A stretch of DNA of 64,000 bases from an uncultured Gammaproteobacteria bacterium (GTDB taxonomy: Bacteria > Patescibacteriota > Patescibacteriia > UBA9570), in assembly GCA_964385285.1 (NCBI GenBank), contig CAYLOJ010000002.1, positions 67,246-131,245 of the forward strand, written 5' to 3'. A program made the position numbers and the translations under genes. Of the stretch, positions 50,651 to 60,878 are shown in pieces. Each line of letters starts with the position of its first letter. Position 1 is the stretch's first letter. The notes under the pieces are model-generated. The model did not search any database. It was not told where the DNA came from and saw nothing but the letters and a program-made list of their open reading frames with translations.

Positions 50651-51038
50651 AGAGATCTTGTAAAAATACTCGTTCGGCAAACCCTGGATGTGGTAACACT
50701 AGGGCATAGCCGTGGGGCGTTATGGTATCAAGTTTCCCCCCATTCCACAAGACAATGTCTAAATCGATTTCGCGATTACCCCAGTGCTCACGATTTTGGC
50801 GGCCAAGCTGCTGTTCAATGGTTTTTAAACAATCTAAGAGCTCACCGGGAGGGAGTTTAGTTTGAAAAACGATCAGTTGATTCAAGAACAGTTGATCAGC
50901 AGCACCAAACGGTTTGGTTTCGATCACTTCAGACGATCGGGTAATACTACCCAGTTGTTCTAAGGCAGTGCAGGCTTGTACTAAATACTGGGCACGATCA
51001 CCTAAGTTACTACCAAGTGCGAGATAATACTTATGCAT
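50631..51038 (-). CDS. folK: 6-hydroxymethyl-7,8-dihydropterin pyrophosphokinase
   Basis: YLALGSNLG, FLN, IE...GR....WG.REIDLDI, LPHP. Confidence 0.93.
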   Translation of the reverse strand: MHKYYLALGSNLGDRAQYLVQACTALEQLGSITRSSEVIETKPFGAADQLFLNQLIVFQTKLPPGELLDCLKTIEQQLGRQNREHWGNREIDLDIVLWNGGKLDTITPHGYALVLPHPGFAERVFLQDLYESITG

Positions 51039-51375
51039 TGTAGGTGACGGACGATGTATCGGTTTCCCACAATTGTACTGTAGTAATCGGACAGTGTGGT
51101 TTGAGCTGTTCGTAAATCCATTGGGCGACTAGTTCACACGTAGGGTTGGGGAAACGATCATTTAAATTTGTATGATCTACTAGATCGAGTACGTGTTGTT
51201 TGACCAGCTGTTTGAGATCAATGAAATCGATGGCTAAATCATCACTATTCAGTGGAGCAGAGACAGTGACGAGTAATCGATAGTTATGTCCATGCAAGTT
51301 CTCACATTTGCCATGATATTTGGTCAAAAAATGAGCTGCTGAAAAACTGAATTCTTTGCTAACGCTGAATGGCAT
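51031..51375 (-). CDS. PTPS/QueD family enzyme with CExxHGH motif
   Basis: FSAAH, CENLHGHNY, DF..LK, PTCE, LWET. Confidence 0.9.
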   Translation of the reverse strand: MPFSVSKEFSFSAAHFLTKYHGKCENLHGHNYRLLVTVSAPLNSDDLAIDFIDLKQLVKQHVLDLVDHTNLNDRFPNPTCELVAQWIYEQLKPHCPITTVQLWETDTSSVTYNA

Positions 51376-53335
51376 AAAAGAAACTTAGAGATTGAGCCAT
51401 CGAATTAAATAGTTGACGGTCGGCTTCCGTTAATCCGGAATCACGTTGCACGGTTAGAAGATAAACTTTGTTTTGTGACAAGACAGCATAGACATCACTA
51501 TAATCGTTACCCGTAGCAATCCGTCTTACTTCTAACGGGGCTGATGGTACAAAGGCAGGAGCTTCGGTCGCTGCATCTGGTTGATTAACACTTAGCCATT
51601 GCTCGAGGGTAACTCCGGGTGCTTCATACGGTTTGATAGTGATTCCAAAGGTTGTCCAGGAGGTAGTGGAAACAAATTCAGTTTCTGGTGAATAAAATAA
51701 TACCGTATCGTCTGGTAGTACTTTATTACTTAAACTCTTCGGTACTAATACGACATAATTACTGTTGGCATAGAACTGCGTTTCGGTTTGATGCGCTCCC
51801 AACAAAGCCAAGACAGGGTTCGGATTAAAATCTCCAAATTTAGAATAAACTAGGTCACCCACAAAATGATAATTCGGGTTTTCAGGTTTAACAGTCCGCT
51901 GACCAATCGGATGATGTTTATTAATGACAAATAGCTGTTCAAGAGGCATATGCAGTAGACTATCTAGGATGGAATCAACCGTGCTGGCAGACACGGCCGG
52001 TACTTCCCATAATGGTTTACCATTAGTGTCATTCACTACTACCGTGATTGCAGGTACGTCAGGCAATACGGCAAAGGATTGCAAAATAATCTGTACAAGC
52101 ACCAGTTCCACGGGTTCAGTGACAACTGCGGGATCGTAAGTAAAGCTCACAAACAAGCCATCATCGGTAGTCGTGAAGCGGTAAGATGACAGATCGATTG
52201 GCCACTGTTGTACAATCGAACGCTCCATAGAATTATAACGCTCCCAATCTTCTGCGGTGACAGTGAATGGGGTCGACGTAGTGGGATCACTATTGGTATT
52301 AGTACCCGGATCTGTATCAGGAGTGAGAGGTGTTAAGACAAATGGTCCGTTGCCAGCCGCATAACCGAAGGGAATCAGTTTGCCGGGTGCAGTTGCTGTG
52401 AATTGTTGTACTAGCTGATCATAGCGGTTATAAATATAAAATGTGTTGCGCCATGGGTGATGGAATAAAAATTGACTACCATCTGCAGACCAAATGACTC
52501 GGGGAGTACCTACCTTATCTAAGACAGGATGGCGTTCAGTGATGGCGCCATTACGATCTACTACTACCACGGTTGGGTTAAACGGTTCAGGATTAGCATC
52601 GCTACTGGTAATGACAGCACCAAATTCATTCAATGTGATCCAAGTTAAGGAGTGGAATTGATGAAAAGCGATGCTGATCGGAGTGTGAATTTCCGCCCCT
52701 TCTAAAGTGAGAGTAATAATTTTTGTATCGTTGGCCGTGAAGGCTACTTCCGTGCTGTTTGGTGAAAATGTAAAGTTACCATAATGGACATTAGGTTCAC
52801 CTTGATAGAGTTCAGTATCCGTTCCTGTAGTGAAATCAAACAGATGGACACTTTCGGTGTAATCCTTGCGACTCAAGAAGACTAAATAGCGTTCAGTGCT
52901 ATCCACCGCCAAGGCTGGTTCAAAACCGGTAGCGTCCGTAGGGACAGGTTGTTGACTCAGCGTGCCCATGATTTGGTCTGCCGATGGGCCATGTTGGGTG
53001 ATGGTCTGGTTGGCGACGGTATACCAGTGTTGGGTTGAGGGTAGATAATTACTAAACTCAGTCGGTAGGGATTCGTCGAGGCGCTGCAGATTTTTTTCGA
53101 CAGTGTTGCTACCATAAAGAGCAGTGGAGGAGTCATTGAGGCTGATGAATAGCAGTAAACGATCGGTAGTATCAAACCAAGCGGCGCGTTCTGCTGCAGC
53201 TTGTTCAGCCTGTTGTTTAGCCAGATCAGCAGCTGTGGTATCCACGGGATGGGCAAATTTGCGCCATGCTAACAAGCCGCCCATCACAACGAGGGCAAGA
53301 ATCAAGATGGCCAGTAGCCAGCGGCGGAAGTTCAT
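51359..53335 (-). CDS. Membrane-anchored protein with TolB/WD40-like propeller region
   Basis: N-terminal TM; FSPNSTEVAF and WSADGSQFLF repeats; PsbP-like end (FNSMAQSLSF). Confidence 0.6.
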   Translation of the reverse strand: MNFRRWLLAILILALVVMGGLLAWRKFAHPVDTTAADLAKQQAEQAAAERAAWFDTTDRLLLFISLNDSSTALYGSNTVEKNLQRLDESLPTEFSNYLPSTQHWYTVANQTITQHGPSADQIMGTLSQQPVPTDATGFEPALAVDSTERYLVFLSRKDYTESVHLFDFTTGTDTELYQGEPNVHYGNFTFSPNSTEVAFTANDTKIITLTLEGAEIHTPISIAFHQFHSLTWITLNEFGAVITSSDANPEPFNPTVVVVDRNGAITERHPVLDKVGTPRVIWSADGSQFLFHHPWRNTFYIYNRYDQLVQQFTATAPGKLIPFGYAAGNGPFVLTPLTPDTDPGTNTNSDPTTSTPFTVTAEDWERYNSMERSIVQQWPIDLSSYRFTTTDDGLFVSFTYDPAVVTEPVELVLVQIILQSFAVLPDVPAITVVVNDTNGKPLWEVPAVSASTVDSILDSLLHMPLEQLFVINKHHPIGQRTVKPENPNYHFVGDLVYSKFGDFNPNPVLALLGAHQTETQFYANSNYVVLVPKSLSNKVLPDDTVLFYSPETEFVSTTSWTTFGITIKPYEAPGVTLEQWLSVNQPDAATEAPAFVPSAPLEVRRIATGNDYSDVYAVLSQNKVYLLTVQRDSGLTEADRQLFNSMAQSLSFFYAIQR

Positions 53336-53381
53336 GGCGGCAATTATACCATTATTTATTTCATTATGGTAATGTACTGTT

Positions 53382-54497
53382 ATGCCTGAATTAATTGAAG
53401 AAATCAAGCAGATGCTCCAACGGATCGCCATCATTGGTGAGCAGTTGAATGTGGCGGGTATGCAAGCTAAGGTAGCGGCCTTAGAAGTGGAGATGGCTCA
53501 GCCAGAATTTTGGCAAAATCAGAGTCATGCTCAAACGGTTAGTCGTACCGTGAATGATTTACGGAAAGAGATCGCTACTTGGGAAGAACTGCAGAAGCAA
53601 TTGGGTAACTTGCAAGAGATGGCTGAACTCAATCAGCAAGAAGGGGATCTTGAATTAGCCAAAGAACTGCACGCACAATTTGCAGCTGTACAGAAACAAT
53701 TTACGGATTTGGAATTTCACCTGCTCTTTGGTAAGGAACATGATGATGCCGATGTTGTCTTGACGATCCATGCAGGCGCCGGTGGTGTCGACGCTCAAGA
53801 TTGGGCAGAGATGTTGATGCGCATGATCATGCGCTACTGTGAGGCAAAAGCATTTGGTGTGAATGTGTTAGATCTTTCTCGTGGCAATGAAGCTGGAATT
53901 AAGTCAGCCACGATGGAAATTACTGGTCGCTTTGCATATGGCTACTTAAAGAGTGAACACGGTGTGCATCGCTTGGTACGACAATCACCCTTTAATGCCG
54001 ATGCGCTGCGCCAAACCTCTTTTGCGTTAATCGAAGTCTTGCCCGATCTTGGAGAGTCTTCACCGATTGTGATTGCAGATGATGAAATTCGGATCGATGT
54101 CTATCGCGCTGGTGGCAAGGGTGGCCAAGGTGTGAATACAACTGATTCCGCTGTGCGTATTACACATTTAGCGAGTGGGATTGTGGTGACCTGCCAGAAT
54201 GAACGGTCGCAGCATCAGAATAAAGCGGCAGCCATGAAAATTTTGAAAGCCAAATTAACGCAGCTGCAACTCGAAAAGGATTTAGCCGAGAAGCAAAAAT
54301 TACGTGGTGAGGTGACTTCAGCCGATTGGGGGAATCAGATTCGTTCGTATGTGTTACATCCCTATAAAATGGTGAAAGATCATCGCACCAATCATGAAGA
54401 GTCTGATCCTGAAGCTGTGCTGGATGGCAAGCTAGAAGGGTTCGTGGAAGCCTATCTGCGCTCCACTGTGGATGCCCGTGTAACGAACGATATTTAA
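53382..54497 (+). CDS. prfB: Peptide chain release factor 2 (continuous ORF, no frameshift)
   Basis: AQDWAEML, SPF motif, GGQ, WGNQIRSY. Confidence 0.96.
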   Translation: MPELIEEIKQMLQRIAIIGEQLNVAGMQAKVAALEVEMAQPEFWQNQSHAQTVSRTVNDLRKEIATWEELQKQLGNLQEMAELNQQEGDLELAKELHAQFAAVQKQFTDLEFHLLFGKEHDDADVVLTIHAGAGGVDAQDWAEMLMRMIMRYCEAKAFGVNVLDLSRGNEAGIKSATMEITGRFAYGYLKSEHGVHRLVRQSPFNADALRQTSFALIEVLPDLGESSPIVIADDEIRIDVYRAGGKGGQGVNTTDSAVRITHLASGIVVTCQNERSQHQNKAAAMKILKAKLTQLQLEKDLAEKQKLRGEVTSADWGNQIRSYVLHPYKMVKDHRTNHEESDPEAVLDGKLEGFVEAYLRSTVDARVTNDI

Positions 54498-54549
54498 ATT
54501 TAGCTCGTCAATTGACTTCAGCCTGAAAATATTGCATGCTTAGTGCCAT

Positions 54550-56466
54550 ATGTGTGGCATTATCGGTTACATCGGTAAACAACCAGCCAGTCCAATTATC
54601 ATGGATGGCTTAAAACGCATGGAATACCGTGGGTATGATTCCGCTGGTTTAGCTGTGGTAGAATCGGACAGTATCGCTTGCCACAAAAAAGAGGGTAAGC
54701 TCGGCAACCTGCAAACTGAATTAGCGAAATATAATTTAACCGGTTCCGTAGGAGTGGGTCATACCCGTTGGGCTACCCATGGCAAACCAAGTGACGTCAA
54801 TGCGCATCCGCATCATGATTGTCAGGAAGAGATCTACCTGATTCATAATGGCATTATTGAGAATTATCACGATATCAAAACAGCATTACTGGCTAAAGGG
54901 CACACCTTTTACTCTGCTACTGACACAGAAGTATTGGTGCACTTAATTGAAGAACATCATAAGACATTATCTTTCGAAGAAGCATTTATTACGGCGTTGA
55001 ATGAAGTGGTGGGCACCTACGGCGTGGTCGCTATTTCGAGTAAAGAGCCTCGCAAGATTATGGCGGCTCGTCTGGGAAGTCCGATGATTCTCGGGATCAT
55101 TGGCGATGGCGAATATATGGTCGCTTCCGACGTAGCAGCGATCATGAAACATACACGCGAGGTGATCTATCTTAATGATGGCGAAGTCTGTGTGCTCACT
55201 GATGCGGGATATGAACTGAAAGATCTGAAAGCTCAAGCGGTTGAACATACCATTCAAAAAGTAGATTGGGATTTTACGCAAGCGCAGAAACAAGGCTATG
55301 AACATTTCATGTTGAAGGAGATCCATGAACAGCCTGATGTCTTAATGAACGCCTTGCGCGGCCGCATCAAACAAGAGGAGGGTTTGGCCCATATGCGAGG
55401 GTTTATTGAACAAGCTGAGCGTCTGCAAAACACTAATCGTGTGATTATTGTAGCGATGGGCACAGCATTATATGCCGGCCAGGTAGGTGAATACATGATT
55501 GAAGAATACGCCGGCATTCCAGTAGAGGTAGAATCTGCCGCAGAATTTCGTTATCGTAAACCGATTATCGATGAACATACTACGGTCATCGCCATTTCTC
55601 AGAGCGGTGAAACAGCCGATTTAATTGCAGCGGTTAAGGAATCCAAATTAAAAGGCGCCTTAGTACTTGGATTAGTGAATGTCGTTGGCAGTACTATTTC
55701 ACGCGAGGTCCATGCGGGAGCCTATTGTCACGCTGGTCCAGAAATTGGCGTTGCTTCTACCAAAGCGTTCATGGCGCAATTGACGATGCTATCATTGGTG
55801 GCGCTACAGCTAGGACGTCAGCGCGGTATGAGTGTAGTCATGGGTCAGCGTATCGCTAAAGAGTTGCTAGCGTTGCCTGAAAAGATTTCTCAAATTTTTA
55901 AACAAGAAGAGGCGATTCAAGCCTTAGCCAAGGAATATAGTCAGTACCATGATTTCTTTTTCCTTGGCCGCAAATATAATTATCCGATTGCCTACGAAGG
56001 TGCTTTGAAATTAAAAGAGATCTCATATCTGCATGCGGAAGGTTATGGCGCAGGTGATTTAAAACATGGTCCGATTGCCTTGATTGATGAGCAGTTTCCG
56101 TCCGTTGTGATAGTGCCACAAGATAGTGTCTACGAAAAAGTGATGAGTAACTTACAAGAGATCAAAGCCCGCAGTGGTCGCGTGTTAGCGATTGCTACGG
56201 AAGGTGATACTCATATTAAGGAGATCGCTGATGACGTGATCTATATTCCCAAGACACTCGAGATGCTAACACCATTATTAGCAATTGTGCCGTTACAGTT
56301 ATTTGCCTATTATGTGGCTAAAGAATTAGGCCGCGATATCGATCAGCCACGCAACCTTGCCAAATCGGTTACAGGAGAGGAATCGAAGCACATAGAGCGC
56401 TACCAACTGGGGCGCTTTTTGTGTATTCTGCCAATTTTAAACTCCATCGGTCTCAGTTGGGCTTAG
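54550..56466 (+). CDS. glmS: Glutamine--fructose-6-phosphate aminotransferase (expected end ~56382)
   Basis: MCGI, GHTRWATHG, SQSGETAD, ALKLKE, PRNLAKSVT. Confidence 0.97.
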   Translation: MCGIIGYIGKQPASPIIMDGLKRMEYRGYDSAGLAVVESDSIACHKKEGKLGNLQTELAKYNLTGSVGVGHTRWATHGKPSDVNAHPHHDCQEEIYLIHNGIIENYHDIKTALLAKGHTFYSATDTEVLVHLIEEHHKTLSFEEAFITALNEVVGTYGVVAISSKEPRKIMAARLGSPMILGIIGDGEYMVASDVAAIMKHTREVIYLNDGEVCVLTDAGYELKDLKAQAVEHTIQKVDWDFTQAQKQGYEHFMLKEIHEQPDVLMNALRGRIKQEEGLAHMRGFIEQAERLQNTNRVIIVAMGTALYAGQVGEYMIEEYAGIPVEVESAAEFRYRKPIIDEHTTVIAISQSGETADLIAAVKESKLKGALVLGLVNVVGSTISREVHAGAYCHAGPEIGVASTKAFMAQLTMLSLVALQLGRQRGMSVVMGQRIAKELLALPEKISQIFKQEEAIQALAKEYSQYHDFFFLGRKYNYPIAYEGALKLKEISYLHAEGYGAGDLKHGPIALIDEQFPSVVIVPQDSVYEKVMSNLQEIKARSGRVLAIATEGDTHIKEIADDVIYIPKTLEMLTPLLAIVPLQLFAYYVAKELGRDIDQPRNLAKSVTGEESKHIERYQLGRFLCILPILNSIGLSWA

Positions 56467-57758
56467 CGGCTTGGCTGTTATTTATGGCCGGGGTCGCGCA
56501 GTGGCCCTGGTTGAGCTTATATGTAGGAAGCTGTGTGGTGGCTGCTTGTTATCAACGTACGCAACGTTGGCTGGTATTACTATTGCTCTGTGTGGTCGGA
56601 GGGGTTGGTTCACTGCATTATACTAGTTATGTAACTCCGACGGTTTATCAAGACGGAGTTGAATTTGCGGATGTCGTCATCGTGGATCGCTTGCCGGTTT
56701 TACATGATGGCAAACAACGGTTAGTGGTCATTACGGATAACGGGGAACATCTGCAAATCGATGCAGATCTTTATCCGGCATTTGCGTATGGTGATCGTGT
56801 ACAATTAAGTTGTACAATTCGTTTGCCTGGCCTCATTGAAGGTTTCGATTACGGAAAATATTTGGCCCGTTACCATATCTCAGCACTGTGTGACGACCCT
56901 ACGTTAGAGTTCATACAATCCCAGCAAGGTAATGCATGGATTAGTAAAGTATATTGGTTGAGGAATACCTTAAAGCAGCGCGTCGAACAATTGTGGCCAG
57001 AGCCGATGGCCGCATTAATTTTGGGTGTCCTGATTGGCGAGCAAGATACAATTCCACAATCGATCTATACCGATTTTCAACGCGCTGGAGTGGTGCATAT
57101 TTTAGTGGTTTCCGGCATGCATGTTTTAATTTTGGTGCAGTTGTTAAAACGCTTAACTAAACAGTTGCCGCGCTCGGGGCAGTTGGCAGTAATTATCGGT
57201 GTGCTGGTAGCGTTTTGTGTGTTGACCGGTTTTTCTGCCACAGTGATTCGAGCAACCGTGATGGGTTCGATTCCTTTGCTTGGAATGTTTATTGGTCGGC
57301 CACATCGAATTCATCTAACCCTGGCTTGGGCAGCCGCGTTAGTCACGGTGTTTAATCCATATATTCTCGTGCATGATGTTGGCTTTCAATTATCGTTTTT
57401 AGCGACTCTGGGTTTAGTTTATGTGACACCACATGTGCAACGCTTTACTCAGTGGACTCCTGAAACGTTTAGTCTTCGTGAAACGGTGACCACCACGATT
57501 GCTGCCACCACCACAACCGCTCCGTGGATTGCTCATATTTTTGGGACATGGTCGAACGTAGCATTGCTGGCTAATATCATTGTCATTCCTATTTCGAATT
57601 TAATGCTGTCTGCAGGAGCAATGATTACCGGTTTGTCTTGGGTGTTTCCAAATGCTGCTCAACCGTTGGCTCAATTGTTAGGTACGGCAGTGGCGTTGAT
57701 GATTCAGTATGTTGCGTGGTGCGCACATTTACCTCATGCCTATGTCCAAATTTTCTAA
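56421..57758 (+). CDS. comEC: ComEC/Rec2 competence channel (OB and membrane domains)
   Basis: FDYGKYL, G..HILVVSGMH, GFQLSFLAT. Confidence 0.92.
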   Translation: MYSANFKLHRSQLGLAAWLLFMAGVAQWPWLSLYVGSCVVAACYQRTQRWLVLLLLCVVGGVGSLHYTSYVTPTVYQDGVEFADVVIVDRLPVLHDGKQRLVVITDNGEHLQIDADLYPAFAYGDRVQLSCTIRLPGLIEGFDYGKYLARYHISALCDDPTLEFIQSQQGNAWISKVYWLRNTLKQRVEQLWPEPMAALILGVLIGEQDTIPQSIYTDFQRAGVVHILVVSGMHVLILVQLLKRLTKQLPRSGQLAVIIGVLVAFCVLTGFSATVIRATVMGSIPLLGMFIGRPHRIHLTLAWAAALVTVFNPYILVHDVGFQLSFLATLGLVYVTPHVQRFTQWTPETFSLRETVTTTIAATTTTAPWIAHIFGTWSNVALLANIIVIPISNLMLSAGAMITGLSWVFPNAAQPLAQLLGTAVALMIQYVAWCAHLPHAYVQIF

Positions 57759-58578
57759 ACTATTATTCACGATCGCAGCCGGTGCGTTGTTATGTTGGTG
57801 GTATCAGCAGCAACAACCTGGTAGGCAAACAGGACCGTTCATCGCTTTTTTAGATGTTGGGCAAGGGGATGCCAGTTACATTCGCACCAGCAGTGGGGCA
57901 GACATTTTAATCGATGGTGGACCAGATCGCAGTATTCTGGAGCAATTACCGAAAGTGATGCAACCCGGTGATGACGCCATTGAATTAATATTGTTAACCC
58001 ATCCGCATGCTGATCATCTGAATGGTTTGATCGAAGTCGCTAAACGTTATCAAGTGAAGCAACTCGTAATCACATCTTTGCCTCCCACCAGCTCTGCGTA
58101 TCAAGAATTACTTCAGCGGTTAAATGCACAACAGACGGAGCAGTTGGTAGTGGCAACAGGTGATCAGATCAGGCTAGATGAACAAGATGTTTTAAAGGTT
58201 TTATATCCGGCCGCTGGTGAACCGCTTGAGACTTTAGACACCAACGATACTTCGTTGGTCGTAGAGTATCATCATCACACCGCTACAGCGGAAATGATTA
58301 CACTATTTACAGGTGACGCCGAAGCTTATGCCGAAACAGCTATGATGGAGCGGGATGTGTTGCAAGATGTGGATCTTTTAAAAGTAGGGCATCATGGCAG
58401 CAATACTTCTTCGAGTGCTGCCTTTTTGGCAATTGTCCAGCCAGAACTCTGTGTGATTGAGGTAGGTGAAGGTAATTCCTATGGTCATCCCAAACCAGAA
58501 ATTCTCGAACGCTTACAACCGTATTGTGAAATTAAGCGTACGGATCAAGCGGGGAATATCGTGATTGACCTAAACTGA
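57736..58578 (+). CDS. ComEC-type metallo-beta-lactamase-fold domain, stand-alone
   Basis: FLDVGQGD, THPHADHLNG, KVGHHGS, NSYGHP, RTD..G. Confidence 0.92.
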   Translation: MPMSKFSKLLFTIAAGALLCWWYQQQQPGRQTGPFIAFLDVGQGDASYIRTSSGADILIDGGPDRSILEQLPKVMQPGDDAIELILLTHPHADHLNGLIEVAKRYQVKQLVITSLPPTSSAYQELLQRLNAQQTEQLVVATGDQIRLDEQDVLKVLYPAAGEPLETLDTNDTSLVVEYHHHTATAEMITLFTGDAEAYAETAMMERDVLQDVDLLKVGHHGSNTSSSAAFLAIVQPELCVIEVGEGNSYGHPKPEILERLQPYCEIKRTDQAGNIVIDLN

Positions 58579-58680
58579 CGGATTTCGTATACTATTGAGC
58601 GTGCTCATTTAGTTTTGGAATTTAGTGGTTGGTATCCAATCTGGATTACTACTAGGTTCGAAAATTACAGGGTGCGTTAA
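58565..58680 (+). promoter_or_regulatory. metK promoter and long G-U-rich leader hairpin
   Basis: TTGACC-17-TATACT (58565-58593), then an imperfect stem of about 35 bp at 58595-58680. Confidence 0.6.
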
Positions 58681-58698
58681 TCACCAATCATACAATTT

Positions 58699-59895
58699 AT
58701 GCGTACTGTGTTTACGTCCGAGTCGGTGACCGAGGGTCATCCAGACAAAATGGCAGATCAGATTTCTGATGCTGTGTTAGATGCGATTTTAGCGCAAGAC
58801 CCAAAAGGTCGAGTCGCTTGTGAAACTTACCTGACCAACGGTTTTGCTGTGGTCGGTGGAGAGATCACGACCTCCTCGTATGTCGACGTGCCAAATTTGG
58901 TGCGCTCGGTTATTAAAGATATTGGTTACACTGATTCTGAATATGGTTTTCATTGGGAAACATCCGGAGTGATGGTGGCGATCAAAGAGCAATCCACGGA
59001 TATTGCCATGGGTGTGGATAGTTTCAAAAAAAATAAAGCGGGTGGAGTGGCAAAGGAAGATCTCGAAAATCTTGGTGCAGGTGATCAAGGTCTAATGTTC
59101 GGTTATGCCTGTGATGAAACCAAAGAGTTGATGCCATTGCCGATTGTATTGGCACATAAATTAGCTCGTCGCTTAGCCGAGGTGCGTAAAAAAAATATTG
59201 TAAAAGGTTTACGTCCCGATGGTAAGAGTCAGGTAACTGTGGAATATGAAGGCGATAAGCCGGTGCGCGTGCGTTCTGTCCTGATCTCTTCGCAACATAA
59301 TCCCGATGTAAAGAACACAGTTTTACGTGCCGCGATCATTAATAAGGTGATCAAATCCGTGATTCCAAAGAACTTGTTAGATAAAGATACCTTATTCTAT
59401 GTGAACCCAACTGGTCGTTTCGTGATCGGCGGTCCACAAGGCGATACCGGTTTAACTGGCCGTAAAATTATTGTGGATACGTACGGTGGTTATGCACGAC
59501 ATGGTGGTGGCGCTTTTTCTGGAAAAGATCCTAGTAAAGTGGATCGTACCGGTTGCTATGCTGCTCGTTGGATTGCTAAAAATATTGTCGCTGCAAAATT
59601 AGCTACTCGCGCTGAAGTCCAGGTGGCTTATGCGATTGGCATGGCCAAACCATTATCCGTGCGCGTAGATACCTTTGGTACTGGAAAAATTGATGACGCC
59701 CTATTAGCGGAAGCAGTTCAAGAGGTGTTTGACCTGCGTCCTGGTATGATTATCAAAGCCTTGAATTTACGTCGTCCGATCTATCGCCAAACTGCGGCTT
59801 ATGGTCATTTCGGTCGGAACGATTTGAAACTGCCTTGGGAAGAAACTACTCGTGTCAACGCTTTGAAAGCAGCCGTGAACAAAAAGTTACGCTAG
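58699..59895 (+). CDS. metK: S-adenosylmethionine synthetase
   Basis: [28 protein letters not shown]. Confidence 0.98.
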   Translation: MRTVFTSESVTEGHPDKMADQISDAVLDAILAQDPKGRVACETYLTNGFAVVGGEITTSSYVDVPNLVRSVIKDIGYTDSEYGFHWETSGVMVAIKEQSTDIAMGVDSFKKNKAGGVAKEDLENLGAGDQGLMFGYACDETKELMPLPIVLAHKLARRLAEVRKKNIVKGLRPDGKSQVTVEYEGDKPVRVRSVLISSQHNPDVKNTVLRAAIINKVIKSVIPKNLLDKDTLFYVNPTGRFVIGGPQGDTGLTGRKIIVDTYGGYARHGGGAFSGKDPSKVDRTGCYAARWIAKNIVAAKLATRAEVQVAYAIGMAKPLSVRVDTFGTGKIDDALLAEAVQEVFDLRPGMIIKALNLRRPIYRQTAAYGHFGRNDLKLPWEETTRVNALKAAVNKKLR

Positions 59896-59896
59896 G

Positions 59897-60856
59897 ATGC
59901 CTGTTCTCGTCTCTGGTTCCATCGCATATGATCGCATCATGGATTTTCCGGGTAAGTTCTCGGACCATATTCTACCTGGAAAAATCCATAATATCAGTAT
60001 TAGTTTTGCCTTAGATACCTTGGCCATTAAATATGGTGGCACCGCTGCTAATGTAGCGTATTCGTTAGCATTACTAGGCGAGAAGGCAACCGTGGTTTCT
60101 AGTGTTGGTAAAGATTTTACCGATTACGCTGTTTGGTTGAAGAAAAAAGGTATTCGCTTAGAAGGTGTTCATGTGGTGAACAGCGATATCTGTGCAACTG
60201 CGCACATTATTACCGACAAAGGAGATAGCCAGATTGCTGGTTTCTACTTTGGGGCGATGCGGGTACCAGCTTTGAAGCAAGCTAAAGTGAAACGAGCAGT
60301 TGCTGCTTTATTAAAAAAACCAAAAACCGTTGGTTTAATTGGAGCGGGGAATGTGGATGACATGTTGTTAGCTGCTCAAGCCTATCGTAAAGCTAAAGTG
60401 CCATTTGTCTTTGATCCGGGTCAACAAACTCCCTGGTTAAGTGCTGACCAATTCAAAGCCATTATTAAAGGTGCACATACGTTGATTGTGAATGATTACG
60501 AATTAGCGCTCGTGCAGAAAAAATTAAAAAAGGATTTGAGAGTGCTCGAACAGTTGAAGCAATTAGTGGTAACGCGTGGCGAAAAAGGGGCAGACTGGTT
60601 TGTGAGTGGAAAAAAATATACCATGCCGACTGCCAAACCGAAGAAAGTGGTCGATCCAACCGGGGCTGGTGATGCTTACCGTTCCGGTGTACTATTAGGC
60701 CTGTTGCGGAACTGGAGTATTGAACAATCTGGTCGCGTGGGCGCGTTAGCGGCTACCTATGCCATAGAACAATACGGTACCCAAACGCACAGTTATACCA
60801 AGCAGGAATTTATCAAGCGCTATTACCAAAGTTACAAACAAAAAATAATATTATAA
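59897..60856 (+). CDS. PfkB family kinase, likely adenosine kinase
   Basis: [33 protein letters not shown]; lies between metK and ahcY. Confidence 0.88.
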   Translation: MPVLVSGSIAYDRIMDFPGKFSDHILPGKIHNISISFALDTLAIKYGGTAANVAYSLALLGEKATVVSSVGKDFTDYAVWLKKKGIRLEGVHVVNSDICATAHIITDKGDSQIAGFYFGAMRVPALKQAKVKRAVAALLKKPKTVGLIGAGNVDDMLLAAQAYRKAKVPFVFDPGQQTPWLSADQFKAIIKGAHTLIVNDYELALVQKKLKKDLRVLEQLKQLVVTRGEKGADWFVSGKKYTMPTAKPKKVVDPTGAGDAYRSGVLLGLLRNWSIEQSGRVGALAATYAIEQYGTQTHSYTKQEFIKRYYQSYKQKIIL

Positions 60857-60878
60857 CCATTATTGTTGCATACAAAAT

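Noticed and set aside
53382-53480. Programmed +1 frameshift in prfB
   Set aside because: ORF is continuous and has no CTT-TGA site.
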